From an uncultured Candidatus Saccharibacteria bacterium (GTDB taxonomy: Bacteria > Patescibacteriota > Minisyncoccia > Phycocordibacterales > UBA9973), in assembly GCA_964435545.1 (NCBI GenBank), contig CAYSZI010000001.1:16079-53654 (forward strand): a stretch of DNA of 37,576 nt, written 5' to 3'. The notes beneath the pieces are model-generated. The model had not been told where the DNA came from and searched no databases. It saw only the letters and a program-made list of their open reading frames with translations. Below are positions 1 to 8,547 of this stretch, piece by piece. The position numbers were made by a program, and so were the translations under genes. How positions within the stretch are numbered: position 1 is the first letter of the stretch; each line of letters begins with the position of its first letter.

Positions 1-1
1 G

Positions 2-436
2 ATTTCATCAACTTCATTTTTTAATAAGTTTCAGGCTTTTATTATTCCATTGGTTTTATTAGTTTTGTCATATTTTATTTTCCTTCAAGGATATCAATTT
101 GATTTTTCTAATAAAATTAAAATATTTTTAGATTTTGGTTATCCTTTAGGTCAGGCTTTTTATGTTTCAATTGCCATTCTTATTCTGATAATGTCTAGAA
201 AATTTCTTGGAGGTTTAATGAAATTGCCTATTATTCTGTTTTTATTTGCACTTATTGTTCAGTACGCCTCTGACTTTAATTTTTTATACAGTGCGAATAA
301 TAATACTTGGCATGTTGGTGGAATAGGAGATTTTTTATATATGTTTTCGTATTTATGTATGACCATGAGTATAGTTTTTGTAATACAAACTTTTAAGCAT
401 ATAGAGGGTAACGATACTAATAATTTACCGCAATAA
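2..436 (+). CDS. Polytopic membrane protein, C-terminal part (5' end outside the window)
   Basis: The frame is open from nt 2, and the track's first M at 50 is a TTG. The product is dominated by hydrophobic TM-like runs (AFYVSIAILILIM, LPIILFLFALIV, FLYMFSYLCMTMSIVFVI). TAA stop at 434-436. No family recognised. Confidence 0.55.
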   Translation: MSSTSFFNKFQAFIIPLVLLVLSYFIFLQGYQFDFSNKIKIFLDFGYPLGQAFYVSIAILILIMSRKFLGGLMKLPIILFLFALIVQYASDFNFLYSANNNTWHVGGIGDFLYMFSYLCMTMSIVFVIQTFKHIEGNDTNNLPQ

Positions 437-440
437 TTTT

Positions 441-737
441 ATGGATACAGCACTAAATGTCTTCAATCAAATATCGGTGCGAATAATTAAGGAACAGGAG
501 GCTATTATAGGCCCACTTGCTTGGGCTGAGGCTGGAAAGGTTAAAGGACTTGAGATTGTTGATAAGGATAAGCAGATTGTTAACATTACATCTGAAGATC
601 CAAAAGAAGTAATCAATTCTCTTGTCTCGAGATACGAACAGCTTTTTGGAAGATTGTCTCGTGATGTAAGTCGCGAGGCGGTGTCTGATTTAACTGCAGA
701 TATTCCAAACGAAGACATTCCTTCAATTCTTAAATAA
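441..737 (+). CDS. Hypothetical small soluble protein (98 aa)
   Basis: ATG lies 4 nt after the preceding stop. The ORF is clean and is followed directly by a hairpin terminator. No recognisable motif. Confidence 0.5.
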   Translation: MDTALNVFNQISVRIIKEQEAIIGPLAWAEAGKVKGLEIVDKDKQIVNITSEDPKEVINSLVSRYEQLFGRLSRDVSREAVSDLTADIPNEDIPSILK

Positions 738-765
738 AAAAACTAACGTTTTGTTAGTTTTTTTA
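736..765 (+). terminator. Intrinsic terminator hairpin
   Basis: AAAAAAACTAAC-gtttt-GTTAGTTTTTTT: A-tract, 7-bp core stem and T-tract immediately after the stop at 737. Confidence 0.7.
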
Positions 766-788
766 TTGTGTGTTTTTTAAGATCGGTA

Positions 789-824
789 AAAAATAATTCA
801 CAAAAATTTTTGTGAATTATTTTT
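789..824. repeat. Perfect 36-bp palindrome (18-bp arms, no spacer)
   Basis: AAAAATAATTCACAAAAA|TTTTTGTGAATTATTTTT, checked base by base. It lies between the 736-765 terminator and the kinase promoter region. Its AATTCACAAAA arms recur in the 5682-5727 hairpin. Confidence 0.9.
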
Positions 825-884
825 ATATTTTATGAACAGTAAACATTAGTATAATTTATTTTTTAAGTTATAATATTATTATAA

Positions 885-2282
885 ATGTGGCCATTTGATC
901 ATAAAAAAGAAAATACTACTTCTGGTGAAGCGGAGGGTGCGTCTTTGTCTCCGTCTGATATTAATGCGCTTTTGTATAAGCGTAATACTGAGCTTGCTAC
1001 AAAAAATAAAGCACTTTCACTTTTGGGTCATCTTTACGAAATAAGTATTCTCACTCTTTCTCCAGACCAGCTCGCCAGTAATATTTTATCTTCAATTCGT
1101 GAAGCGCTAAACTACGAATCAGTTTCAATTTTTCTTTTTAACAAAGAAAAAGATGATATGCACCAGATTGGCTCTGTAAGATCAGAAAGATACCAAGAAC
1201 AGCTTCGCTTGTCTGGAATAAATTTGGATAATGATGTTGACTTAAAAGGAGTTTCTAAACTCGAATTTTTTGAATCGATTGTTAATAAACGAGAGCCAAT
1301 TTTGAATAAAAAATTTGGCTATTTATTGATAAATGGTGTTTTGGGCGAGAAAGAAATTTCTATGCTTGCAGATAGGGCGCACCTCAAATCTTCAATTATT
1401 TACCCTTTGGCTCTTGGTGACCGTGTTCTCGGAATGCTCATCATTACAATGAATCGAGAATATGAGCTTTTAGCAACTTATGAAAAAGAAATTATTGGAA
1501 ACATTGTGAACGTGGTTTCTCTTGCTTTTGATAAGTCTTTGACTTACGAGGCACTTCAGGATGCAAATATCAAGCTTCAGGGTCTTGATAAACTTAAAAC
1601 AGAATTCTTGTCGCTTGCTTCACATCAATTGCGTAGTCCTCTTACTGCAATCAAAGGATATACTTCGATGCTTCTTGAAGGTTCTTTTGGAACCGTCAAC
1701 GATAAACAGAAAGAAGCAATTGATCGAGTTTTTCAATCAAGCAACCACCTCGCACGGGTTGTTGAAGATTTGCTAAACGTTTCAAAAATCGAAGCTGGCG
1801 GAATGAAATATGAAATGGCTCCATTTGATTTGGAAAAGGCAGCACACGACCTAGCTATGGATCTTTCAATAACTGCTCAGAAAAAAGGATTGACCTTGGA
1901 ATTTAAAATTGACGGCAAGGCACCATATACAATAAATGGTGACATGGAAAAAATTCGTCAGGTTATATTGAATATCATAGACAACGCTATCAAATACACC
2001 CAAAAAGGCGGTATCACAGTATCTCTTTCAAAGGATACAGCGAAAGGATTGGCATGTATTGCTATTACAGACACAGGAATGGGTATTTCTCCCGAAGAAA
2101 AGGAGAAATTATTTCAAAAATTTAGTCGAGGAGAGGGAGGTAAAACAAACACAGGCGGTTCAGGTCTTGGTTTGTATCTTGCAAAACAAATTGCTGAAGC
2201 TCATGGTGGCTATATTTCAATCGACTCTCCTGGTGTTGGGCTTGGTTCAACATTTAGCATATTCTTTAAATTAAACGCATGA
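885..2282 (+). CDS. Sensor histidine kinase, cytoplasmic, with a GAF-like N-terminal half
   Basis: H-box FLSLASHQLRSPLTAIKGY, N-box IIDNAIKYT, G-boxes DTGMGI and GGSGLGL. No TM segment. TGA stop. Confidence 0.9.
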   Translation: MWPFDHKKENTTSGEAEGASLSPSDINALLYKRNTELATKNKALSLLGHLYEISILTLSPDQLASNILSSIREALNYESVSIFLFNKEKDDMHQIGSVRSERYQEQLRLSGINLDNDVDLKGVSKLEFFESIVNKREPILNKKFGYLLINGVLGEKEISMLADRAHLKSSIIYPLALGDRVLGMLIITMNREYELLATYEKEIIGNIVNVVSLAFDKSLTYEALQDANIKLQGLDKLKTEFLSLASHQLRSPLTAIKGYTSMLLEGSFGTVNDKQKEAIDRVFQSSNHLARVVEDLLNVSKIEAGGMKYEMAPFDLEKAAHDLAMDLSITAQKKGLTLEFKIDGKAPYTINGDMEKIRQVILNIIDNAIKYTQKGGITVSLSKDTAKGLACIAITDTGMGISPEEKEKLFQKFSRGEGGKTNTGGSGLGLYLAKQIAEAHGGYISIDSPGVGLGSTFSIFFKLNA

Positions 2283-2326
2283 TAAAAGACGACGAATTTG
2301 TTATTGTCGTTGTATTTTTAACTATA

Positions 2327-2353
2327 ACAGCACTAGTGCTGTACGGTTTTTTT
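2327..2353. terminator. Shared terminator between convergent kinase and cysS genes
   Basis: ACAGCACTAGTGCTGT inverted repeat followed by ACGGTTTTTTT. It lies between the stops at 2282 (+) and 2365 (-). Confidence 0.6.
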
Positions 2354-2364
2354 GTATACGGTTT

Positions 2365-3762
2365 TTAGATTTTTTGAATAAGGGTTTCAGTGTCGTTGTC
2401 TTTTACACGATATCCTTTTTCTTCGATCTTTTTTCTTATTTCATCTGCAAGAGCCCAATCTTTTTTTAACCTTGCTTCAATGCGCTCGCTTGAAAGTGTT
2501 AAAATTTCTTGTGGTATTTTTTCTTCGTGTATTGTATTTAAACAAAATCCAAAAACATTATCAAAATCAAGTAACGTTGCTTTTTTATCAGCGTTACTGA
2601 TCTCTTTATCTTTTAGAAGTTCCCACATCAACGCAAGAGCTTTAGGTGTGTCTAAATTGTCATTTATATATTCTTTAAATTTATTTTTATATCCATCATA
2701 AATCACGCCAGTTTCTTTTCCGAGTTCATAAAAAATGGAATACAGGTTTTTTAGAGCATTATTTGCTCCATCAAGTGCCTCCCAAGTAAAATTTAGATGT
2801 GAATCATATCGCGCTGTGAAATAAAAATAACGAAGGGCGATAGGATTGATTCCTTTTTGCTCGATGTCAGAAATTTTGTAGGTATTACCCAAACTTTTTC
2901 CCATGCGTCCGCCATTTACTTGTAGGTGTGCACCATGAATCCAGTAACTTACAAAAGGACTTCGGTTTGTTGCACCCTGAGATTGAGCAATTTCATTTGG
3001 GTGATGTGTACTTTTCAAATCCTCGCCACCAACATGAACGTCAAATTGCTCTCCCAAATATTTCATACTCATTGCCGAACACTCTATGTGCCATCCAGGA
3101 AAACCAACACCCCAAGGGCTTTCCCATTCCATGTCGCGTTTTTCGTTTGTGGGACTAAATTTCCATAGTGCAAAATCATGAGGATTTTTTTTCTCAGTGT
3201 TGTACTCAACACGTGCGCCAGCTTTTATTTGGTCAAGGTTTGAAAGTTCTCCATAAACAAAACCTAATGCTTCATAAGCTTGAGTATCAAAATATATTCC
3301 GTCTGAAATTTTATAAGCAAGATTTTTGTTTAAAAGTTTTTGGACCAAATCAATTTGCTCTGGAATATGCTTTGTTGCACAAAGAAAAGATTCTGGTTGA
3401 ATGAGATTGATTTTTTTGTAATCTTGCTTAAAACTCTCTGCATAAAATTCGGCGATTTCATATGCATTTTTTCCTTCACGTTTTTTTGCCTTTTCCATTC
3501 TGTCTTCGCCTGTGTCCGCATCACCAGAGTTGTCTCCAGTGAGATGTCCAACATCCGTGATATTCATGTAATAACGCACATTAAAGCCATTGTAGGCGAG
3601 TGTACGCACAACAAGGTCGCTTAGTATATACGTGCGCCAGTTTCCGATATGAACATAGTCATACACTGTCGGGCCACAAGTATAAACCCCGACATGATCG
3701 TCTTGGAGTGGAATAAATGTTTCGTTTTCTTTAGATAACGAATTGTATAATTTTAGAGCCAT
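2365..3762 (-). CDS. cysS: Cysteinyl-tRNA synthetase
   Basis: Class I motifs: YTCGPTVYDYVHIGNWRTY (HIGN) and RMGKSLGN (KMSKS-like). 465 aa, with CysRS-typical N-terminal sequence. Confidence 0.93.
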   Translation of the reverse strand: MALKLYNSLSKENETFIPLQDDHVGVYTCGPTVYDYVHIGNWRTYILSDLVVRTLAYNGFNVRYYMNITDVGHLTGDNSGDADTGEDRMEKAKKREGKNAYEIAEFYAESFKQDYKKINLIQPESFLCATKHIPEQIDLVQKLLNKNLAYKISDGIYFDTQAYEALGFVYGELSNLDQIKAGARVEYNTEKKNPHDFALWKFSPTNEKRDMEWESPWGVGFPGWHIECSAMSMKYLGEQFDVHVGGEDLKSTHHPNEIAQSQGATNRSPFVSYWIHGAHLQVNGGRMGKSLGNTYKISDIEQKGINPIALRYFYFTARYDSHLNFTWEALDGANNALKNLYSIFYELGKETGVIYDGYKNKFKEYINDNLDTPKALALMWELLKDKEISNADKKATLLDFDNVFGFCLNTIHEEKIPQEILTLSSERIEARLKKDWALADEIRKKIEEKGYRVKDNDTETLIQKI

Positions 3763-4664
3763 TTTTTAGATCGGAAGTAAATAAATGAAATAAGACCAAC
3801 GACAATCATACTACCAAAAACGAGTATAATAGACAAAGCATCATCTAATCTCAAATATATCGAATTCATTCCAAAAATAAAAACAATTAGCATTATTGGA
3901 AGAACGACAACATTTACAGCTGTAAGTCTGCGGATTGTTGCTGTTGATTTTGCAGAAAGAAGAGAATCGTTTGTTTCGCGAAGATCACGAATCATTTGGC
4001 GATTTTCTTCTGCGAGTTGCTCAATACGTTCATATTCACCGGCAATTGCGTTTAGATAATACGCAAATTCATCGCCATACATTTTTATGCATGCTTGATT
4101 AAAAGATTTTAAAGTTTCGCGATGATAGCGCATTGATTGCTTTATATCAATAAGTGCACGGTTGATTTTTGAAATATTTGCAACCATTTCAGCTTCGTTT
4201 CCAGCAAAAATTTTCTTCTCGACTTCATGAATCTCGTGACCAAGTGATTCGAGTATAAACAATGAATTTTTATATAATTCGCGCATTGCAAAGAAAAATA
4301 AAAAACCAGCGTGACTATTATTTTTTCCGCTGTTTAAGTAACTTCCAACCTCAAAAACTTTTGCAAATTCATGAAGAGGTTCTACTAGCTCGTAATGAGT
4401 TGTAATGAGATTGTCTTGAGTGAGAATAAAATCAACCTCGACTTCCTCGATGTGCTCAGTTTTGTTGTTATGAATAGGGAAGTGAAGTATAAGATATATT
4501 GAGTTTGAATAAACATCTACTTTTGCACGTTCTGAAGGGGCAAGTAATTCATTTGAAACAACGGGGTGTAAATCAAATTCTTCTGCGATTGTAACTATTT
4601 CTTCGTGTGTAGGTGATTCAAGGTCGATCCAGTTTATTTTTTGGTGATTGTAACGCGATATCAT
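3753..4664 (-). CDS. corA: CorA-family magnesium/cobalt transporter
   Basis: GMN signature (FIFGMNSIYL) between two C-terminal TM helices, with a soluble N-terminal domain. Its stop overlaps the cysS start by 10 nt. Confidence 0.88.
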   Translation of the reverse strand: MISRYNHQKINWIDLESPTHEEIVTIAEEFDLHPVVSNELLAPSERAKVDVYSNSIYLILHFPIHNNKTEHIEEVEVDFILTQDNLITTHYELVEPLHEFAKVFEVGSYLNSGKNNSHAGFLFFFAMRELYKNSLFILESLGHEIHEVEKKIFAGNEAEMVANISKINRALIDIKQSMRYHRETLKSFNQACIKMYGDEFAYYLNAIAGEYERIEQLAEENRQMIRDLRETNDSLLSAKSTATIRRLTAVNVVVLPIMLIVFIFGMNSIYLRLDDALSIILVFGSMIVVGLISFIYFRSKKWL

Positions 4665-4704
4665 ATATGAATATTATACCGTGAATTAAATTGTTTTTCT
4701 AGTT

Positions 4705-4713
4705 TTATCCACA
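4705..4713 (+). promoter_or_regulatory. Perfect DnaA-box-like 9-mer TTATCCACA
   Basis: Exact consensus 9-mer in the corA upstream intergenic region. On the corA strand it reads TGTGGATAA, 3 nt upstream of a TAGAAA -35-like hexamer. The TATAAT -10 (4673-4678) sits 8 nt from the corA ATG. Confidence 0.5.
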
Positions 4714-4742
4714 GATATTTTCGAAATCATTTTTTTAAAAAT

Positions 4743-4769
4743 AAAAAAAGCGCTCCGTAATGAAGCGCT
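4743..4769 (-). terminator. Intrinsic terminator of the 4799-5248 gene
   Basis: The minus strand reads AGCGCTTCATTACGGAGCGCTTTTTTT (6-bp GC stem plus T7). Confidence 0.7.
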
Positions 4770-4798
4770 GAATGTTTTTAGAACATAAATAATTTTTA

Positions 4799-5248
4799 TT
4801 ATTTATAATGTGTTTTTATATACGCGTTGTCACAGCGTAAAATCGTTTTTTTTGTATTCTTCCCAATATAGAAGGTTGCAGGAACATATACAATTCCACC
4901 TGATTCATATTTAGGAAAATCCATATACAAGTTTGAGTTTACAATTACTTTAACTTTAATTAATCCTTTCTTGTTTTCTAAACCCTTTACTTCTATAACA
5001 TAGGAAGAATCTTCCCATGATGCATTTACTTCTTCTGTACCTCGTACCAGATCAGTTTTCATTGCTATGGCTCCAAGGCTGAATGAGTCAAACTTAAAAT
5101 CTGTTTTAAATCTGATTGTCAATTCAGACTTATCAAGATCTCTAATGTAAACATGATTGATCTCGCACTCCGTGTACGGTGCAACTTCCATGAAATAATA
5201 AAGGGCTATAGCCGCTACTACGATAAACGAAAATACATATTTTTTCAT
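4799..5248 (-). CDS. Hypothetical membrane-anchored protein (149 aa)
   Basis: N-terminal signal-anchor MKKYVFSFIVVAAIALYYF followed by a beta-rich soluble part. No family recognised. Confidence 0.55.
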   Translation of the reverse strand: MKKYVFSFIVVAAIALYYFMEVAPYTECEINHVYIRDLDKSELTIRFKTDFKFDSFSLGAIAMKTDLVRGTEEVNASWEDSSYVIEVKGLENKKGLIKVKVIVNSNLYMDFPKYESGGIVYVPATFYIGKNTKKTILRCDNAYIKTHYK

Positions 5249-5326
5249 TGTTCAAATTTTCAATACATTATCATATATATTAGCACATGTCAAACGCATC
5301 ATTTTTAGCGCAAAACGCCGGTATTG

Positions 5327-5354
5327 TTGACTTTTTTAAGCTATCGTGTAAAAT
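5327..5354 (+). promoter_or_regulatory. Sigma70-type promoter of rplU
   Basis: TTGACT-N16-TAAAAT with TG immediately upstream of the -10. The -10 ends 8 nt before the rplU ATG. Confidence 0.6.
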
Positions 5355-5362
5355 GGCTCCAT

Positions 5363-5683
5363 ATGAAAGAATTTGCGATTATAGCAACTGGGGGCAAACA
5401 ATATCCGGTATCAGTCGGAGATGTTATTCACGTTGAAAAGCTTCCTGGTGAATATGTTAAAGGAGACAAGGTTTTCTTTAAAGAAGTGCTTCTTGTAGAC
5501 AACGGCCAAGATACAACAATCGGTACACCAACAATCGACGGAGCCGTAGTTGAAGGAATCTTCCAAGAAAACGCTCGAAACAAGACAGTCATAGTTGCAA
5601 AATACAAAGCTAAATCTCGATACTACAAAAAGAACGGACATCGCCAACCATACTCAGAAGTCAAAATCTCAGCAATCAAATAA
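5363..5683 (+). CDS. rplU: 50S ribosomal protein L21
   Basis: MKEFAIIATGGKQYPVSVGDVIHVEKL is a typical L21 N-terminus. I prefer the ATG at 5363 over the track's upstream start at 5324, which would lie inside the promoter. No rpmA (L27) follows. Confidence 0.9.
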   Translation: MKEFAIIATGGKQYPVSVGDVIHVEKLPGEYVKGDKVFFKEVLLVDNGQDTTIGTPTIDGAVVEGIFQENARNKTVIVAKYKAKSRYYKKNGHRQPYSEVKISAIK

Positions 5684-5727
5684 TTCACAAAATAAAGCCA
5701 CCGAAAGGTGGTTTTATTTTGTGAATT
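5682..5727. terminator. Very long hairpin (21-bp stem, GAAA loop), probably a bidirectional terminator
   Basis: AATTCACAAAATAAAGCCACC-GAAA-GGTGGTTTTATTTTGTGAATT with one G-U pair. It starts within the rplU stop codon. Confidence 0.75.
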
Positions 5728-5806
5728 ACATCCAAAACTACATCTATCGACAAATAGCACTATATATGCTATAATTTGAAGGTACATTTAAAAATTCAAA
5801 AAAGTT

Positions 5807-6130
5807 ATGGCAGAATTAACCAAGCAGGAGATACAAGAAAGTATCGACTTACAGATCAGAGAAAAAAAGGCAGAGCTAGAGAGGACAAACAAAGAAGTGA
5901 TTGAAGCGATAGGCGAGGAGGGACTTAAAAATTTAGATAGCTTTACCGAAGAGCTTGCTCTTGGAATAAAGTATCTGGTTATTAAAAACCCTTCGGCAGA
6001 AATGCTGAGTCTTATTAAAAACTTCGCCGACAACATCTACGGGCAGTGTTACCCCGGATGTATGAACGGAAAACCCAAAAGGGTTTCCGACGCCTTAAAA
6101 GTTTTTACGGAAAAAACTAATTTTTCGTAA
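5807..6130 (+). CDS. Hypothetical protein (107 aa)
   Basis: Clean ORF with an upstream TGCTATAAT extended -10 at about 5766-5775. The N-terminal half looks like coiled coil. No family recognised. Confidence 0.5.
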   Translation: MAELTKQEIQESIDLQIREKKAELERTNKEVIEAIGEEGLKNLDSFTEELALGIKYLVIKNPSAEMLSLIKNFADNIYGQCYPGCMNGKPKRVSDALKVFTEKTNFS

Positions 6131-6153
6131 ATGTAAACACAAAACAGCTAATC

Positions 6154-6188
6154 AAAATAAGTTAAACCATCAAGGTTTAACTTATTTT
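6154..6188. terminator. Bidirectional terminator between convergent genes
   Basis: AAAATAAGTTAAACC-atcaa-GGTTTAACTTATTTT: perfect 15-bp stem with internal A and T tracts. Confidence 0.7.
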
Positions 6189-6228
6189 TTATTTATATAA
6201 CAAAGTGCGCCGAGTAGGTTTCGAACTT

Positions 6229-6837
6229 CTATCTTCTAGACTGAAGTGCGTTTGAGAGTGTGTCTGCGTCGGAATACTCAATTTCTGTGCCGGTTGAAAG
6301 ACCTTTGCCTAATACTGTGATTTTTATTTTTTCTTCGGTTGCGTTATTTAAGGTTACTTTAAGTAATGCGTTTGTACGTTCTCCGTCGGGCGTTGCTGAG
6401 AGAGCAAGAATTATTTCATTCAATCCTTGATTCACTTCTTTTGAAACTAAAGATATAAGTTGATTTGTTCTAATATATGAAGCAACATCGTTTTCTATTG
6501 CTGGAGCAAGTCCACCTAAAACAAAATAAGTACCGGTGTATGTTCTTGATTTTACAAACCTTTCTCGGTCGGCATCTTTTTCTACGACAAGCAATTGATT
6601 TTTATTTGTCTTTGGGTCATTACAAATTGCACATTTTTCATTTACGATTTTTTCAGACAACGCAAAACATCTTGAACATCTTTTTACATTTGCTTTTAAA
6701 TCTTTTATTGTTTCAATCAAATTTTTTGTATAACCCTCATCTGCGGTCGCAAGAAAATATGCAAAACGCATTGCTTGGCGTTCACCAATTCCTGGAAATC
6801 TTTTAAATAATTCCTGTAAACGTTTTAGTGTATCCAT
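6229..6837 (-). CDS. recR: Recombination protein RecR
   Basis: N-terminal HhH LQELFKRFPGIGERQAMRFAYFL, a C4 zinc finger (CSRCFALSEKIVNEKCAICND) and a Toprim-like VVEKDADRE. Confidence 0.92.
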   Translation of the reverse strand: MDTLKRLQELFKRFPGIGERQAMRFAYFLATADEGYTKNLIETIKDLKANVKRCSRCFALSEKIVNEKCAICNDPKTNKNQLLVVEKDADRERFVKSRTYTGTYFVLGGLAPAIENDVASYIRTNQLISLVSKEVNQGLNEIILALSATPDGERTNALLKVTLNNATEEKIKITVLGKGLSTGTEIEYSDADTLSNALQSRR

Positions 6838-6842
6838 AAAAA

Positions 6843-8237
6843 TTAAAATTCTACATCATCAAAACTAGATGATTGCTGTTGAGCTGTTTCTGAGAATGCA
6901 TTTCCGTTACCTTTATCGATAGACAAGAAACTTGAGGTTTTTTCGTCGAAGAATAATTCGATATGACCTGTGGGACCGTTACGATGCTTTTCAATCATGA
7001 TTTTTGCAATACCTGGTGGGGCATCTTTGTTTGTACGATCTTCACGGTGAATAAACATAACGACATCGGCGTCCTGCTCGATAGATCCTGAGTCACGAAG
7101 GTCTGAAAGGCGAGGTTCGCCTCCACGAGCTTCAACGGCACGAGAAAGCTGTGATAACGCGAGGACTGGAACATCAATTTCACGAGCGAGGGCTTTGAGC
7201 GAGCGAGAAATTTCTGTAACTTGGTTGACCATACTATCGTAATTTTTTGCAGTCGACATAAGCTGGAGGTAGTCGATAATAATAAATCCGATATTGTGTT
7301 CAGCTTTCATTCTACGACAAGCAGAACGAATATGGACTATCGAACTCGATGGTTGATCATCAATATATATTGGGGCTTTTGAAAGTTTGTCGAGCGAATC
7401 GCGAAGTTGTGAAAATTCGTGATCTGAAGAAAGGCGACCTGTGCGCAAATTCCAAGCATTAACTTTTGATTCAGCTGCAAGCATACGGTCTACGAGTTGC
7501 TGTGAGCTCATTTCCAGCGAAAAAATTCCAACACCGATATTGTGACGTGTTGCAGCGAGACGCGCGAAGTCGAGGGCGAGTGTTGTTTTACCCACAGATG
7601 GACGCGCCGCTAAAATAATAAGGTCTGAATTTTGAAAACCAGAAAGCATATCGTCGAGTGCTTTAAAACCTGTCGGAACTCCACGAAGTTCACCTTTGGT
7701 TTCGTGCAGTCTCTCGAGACGAGTCCATGCTTCAGCAAGAGTATCTTTCAAGGTCAAATATTTTGCACGTTTTGGACTTTCTGCAATTGCAAAAATTTCT
7801 TTTTCTGCGATGTCCAAAATATCTTCGAGAGGTTTTTGGTTTGTGTCGTAACCAAGCTCGGAAAGTGTGTTTGCGGAATCGATCAAACGGCGAAGAATAT
7901 ATTTTTGCTCAATGATATCTGCATAATATTCTGCGTTGGTTGAAGAGGGAACTGAATTTGAAAGTTCTGTGAGGTATTTTGAACCACCAATAGAATCAAG
8001 AATTTTTTTCTCTTTTAGATGATGAGAAAGTGTGAGGACGTCGATAGGCTCGTTTCGCCCAGAAAGCTCAAGCATCACATCAAAAATTTTTTTATGTTTA
8101 TCGCTATAAAATGCTTCAGATGAGAGCTTGTCTGCGATTTCTATAAACACAGAGGGGCGAAGCATAATAGAACCCAAAACAGCTTGTTCTGATTCGAGAC
8201 TTTGTGGTGGAACTCTAAGTTGTGTACCTTGTGCCAT
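6843..8237 (-). CDS. dnaB: Replicative DNA helicase DnaB
   Basis: PPQSLESEQAVLGSIML N-terminus, Walker A ARPSVGKTTLALDF, Walker B IIIDYLQLM, SRSLKALAREIDVPVLALSQLSR. 464 aa with no intein. Confidence 0.95.
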   Translation of the reverse strand: MAQGTQLRVPPQSLESEQAVLGSIMLRPSVFIEIADKLSSEAFYSDKHKKIFDVMLELSGRNEPIDVLTLSHHLKEKKILDSIGGSKYLTELSNSVPSSTNAEYYADIIEQKYILRRLIDSANTLSELGYDTNQKPLEDILDIAEKEIFAIAESPKRAKYLTLKDTLAEAWTRLERLHETKGELRGVPTGFKALDDMLSGFQNSDLIILAARPSVGKTTLALDFARLAATRHNIGVGIFSLEMSSQQLVDRMLAAESKVNAWNLRTGRLSSDHEFSQLRDSLDKLSKAPIYIDDQPSSSIVHIRSACRRMKAEHNIGFIIIDYLQLMSTAKNYDSMVNQVTEISRSLKALAREIDVPVLALSQLSRAVEARGGEPRLSDLRDSGSIEQDADVVMFIHREDRTNKDAPPGIAKIMIEKHRNGPTGHIELFFDEKTSSFLSIDKGNGNAFSETAQQQSSSFDDVEF

Positions 8238-8317
8238 AGTCTAGATAGTAACACGCAGAATTATTAAGCAAAATGATTTTTGGGAAAACCCTGTTACTTG
8301 TCTGTTGATATCTTTTT

Positions 8318-8347
8318 TTGACTTTATTTGCAAGCAAAGAGTATAAT
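8318..8347 (+). promoter_or_regulatory. Sigma70-type promoter
   Basis: TTGACT (8318-8323)-N18-TATAAT (8342-8347). This makes the track's TTG start at 8328 and the ATG at 8346 implausible. Confidence 0.6.
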
Positions 8348-8363
8348 GCCTCATGTAAAAAGT

Positions 8364-8537
8364 ATGGATACCGACGAAAACTCACAAAAAATAAAAACAA
8401 TATACGATGAAGCAATCGAGAAATTAGAGGCTCTTGGTGTTGAACGCAAAATGATCGTAAAAGATTATATAGCTGAGCTTGAGAAGCAAAAAATCGAAGC
8501 AATAAAAAAGAAGCTAGAGTTTAATTTATCAGAATAA
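8364..8537 (+). CDS. Hypothetical small coiled-coil protein (57 aa from the ATG at 8364)
   Basis: First ATG downstream of the predicted promoter. Charged and helical (KIKTIYDEAIEKLEALGVERK). The start is uncertain; the track gives 8328. Confidence 0.4.
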   Translation: MDTDENSQKIKTIYDEAIEKLEALGVERKMIVKDYIAELEKQKIEAIKKKLEFNLSE

Positions 8538-8547
8538 AAATATAAAT

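Noticed and set aside
789-824. The palindrome as a CRP/FNR-type site, because of its TGTGA and TCACA pentamers.
   Set aside because: The arrangement is TCACA-N8-TGTGA, with inverted order and wrong spacing relative to TGTGA-N6-TCACA. The same N8 spacing problem applies to TGTGA-N8-TCACA at 37552-37569.
5324-5362. Upstream TTG start for rplU. Similar extended starts in the track are at 8328, 17125, 17036, 26219, 29246, 30854, 32761 and 32812.
   Set aside because: The extensions overlap predicted -35 or -10 promoter elements or add non-conserved residues. Downstream ATGs match the family N-termini or signal peptides.
6202-6229. GGTTTCGAAC-containing stretch resembling a tRNA T-arm, which could mark a tRNA fragment or attachment site.
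   Set aside because: No 5-bp T-stem or acceptor stem can be paired on either strand.
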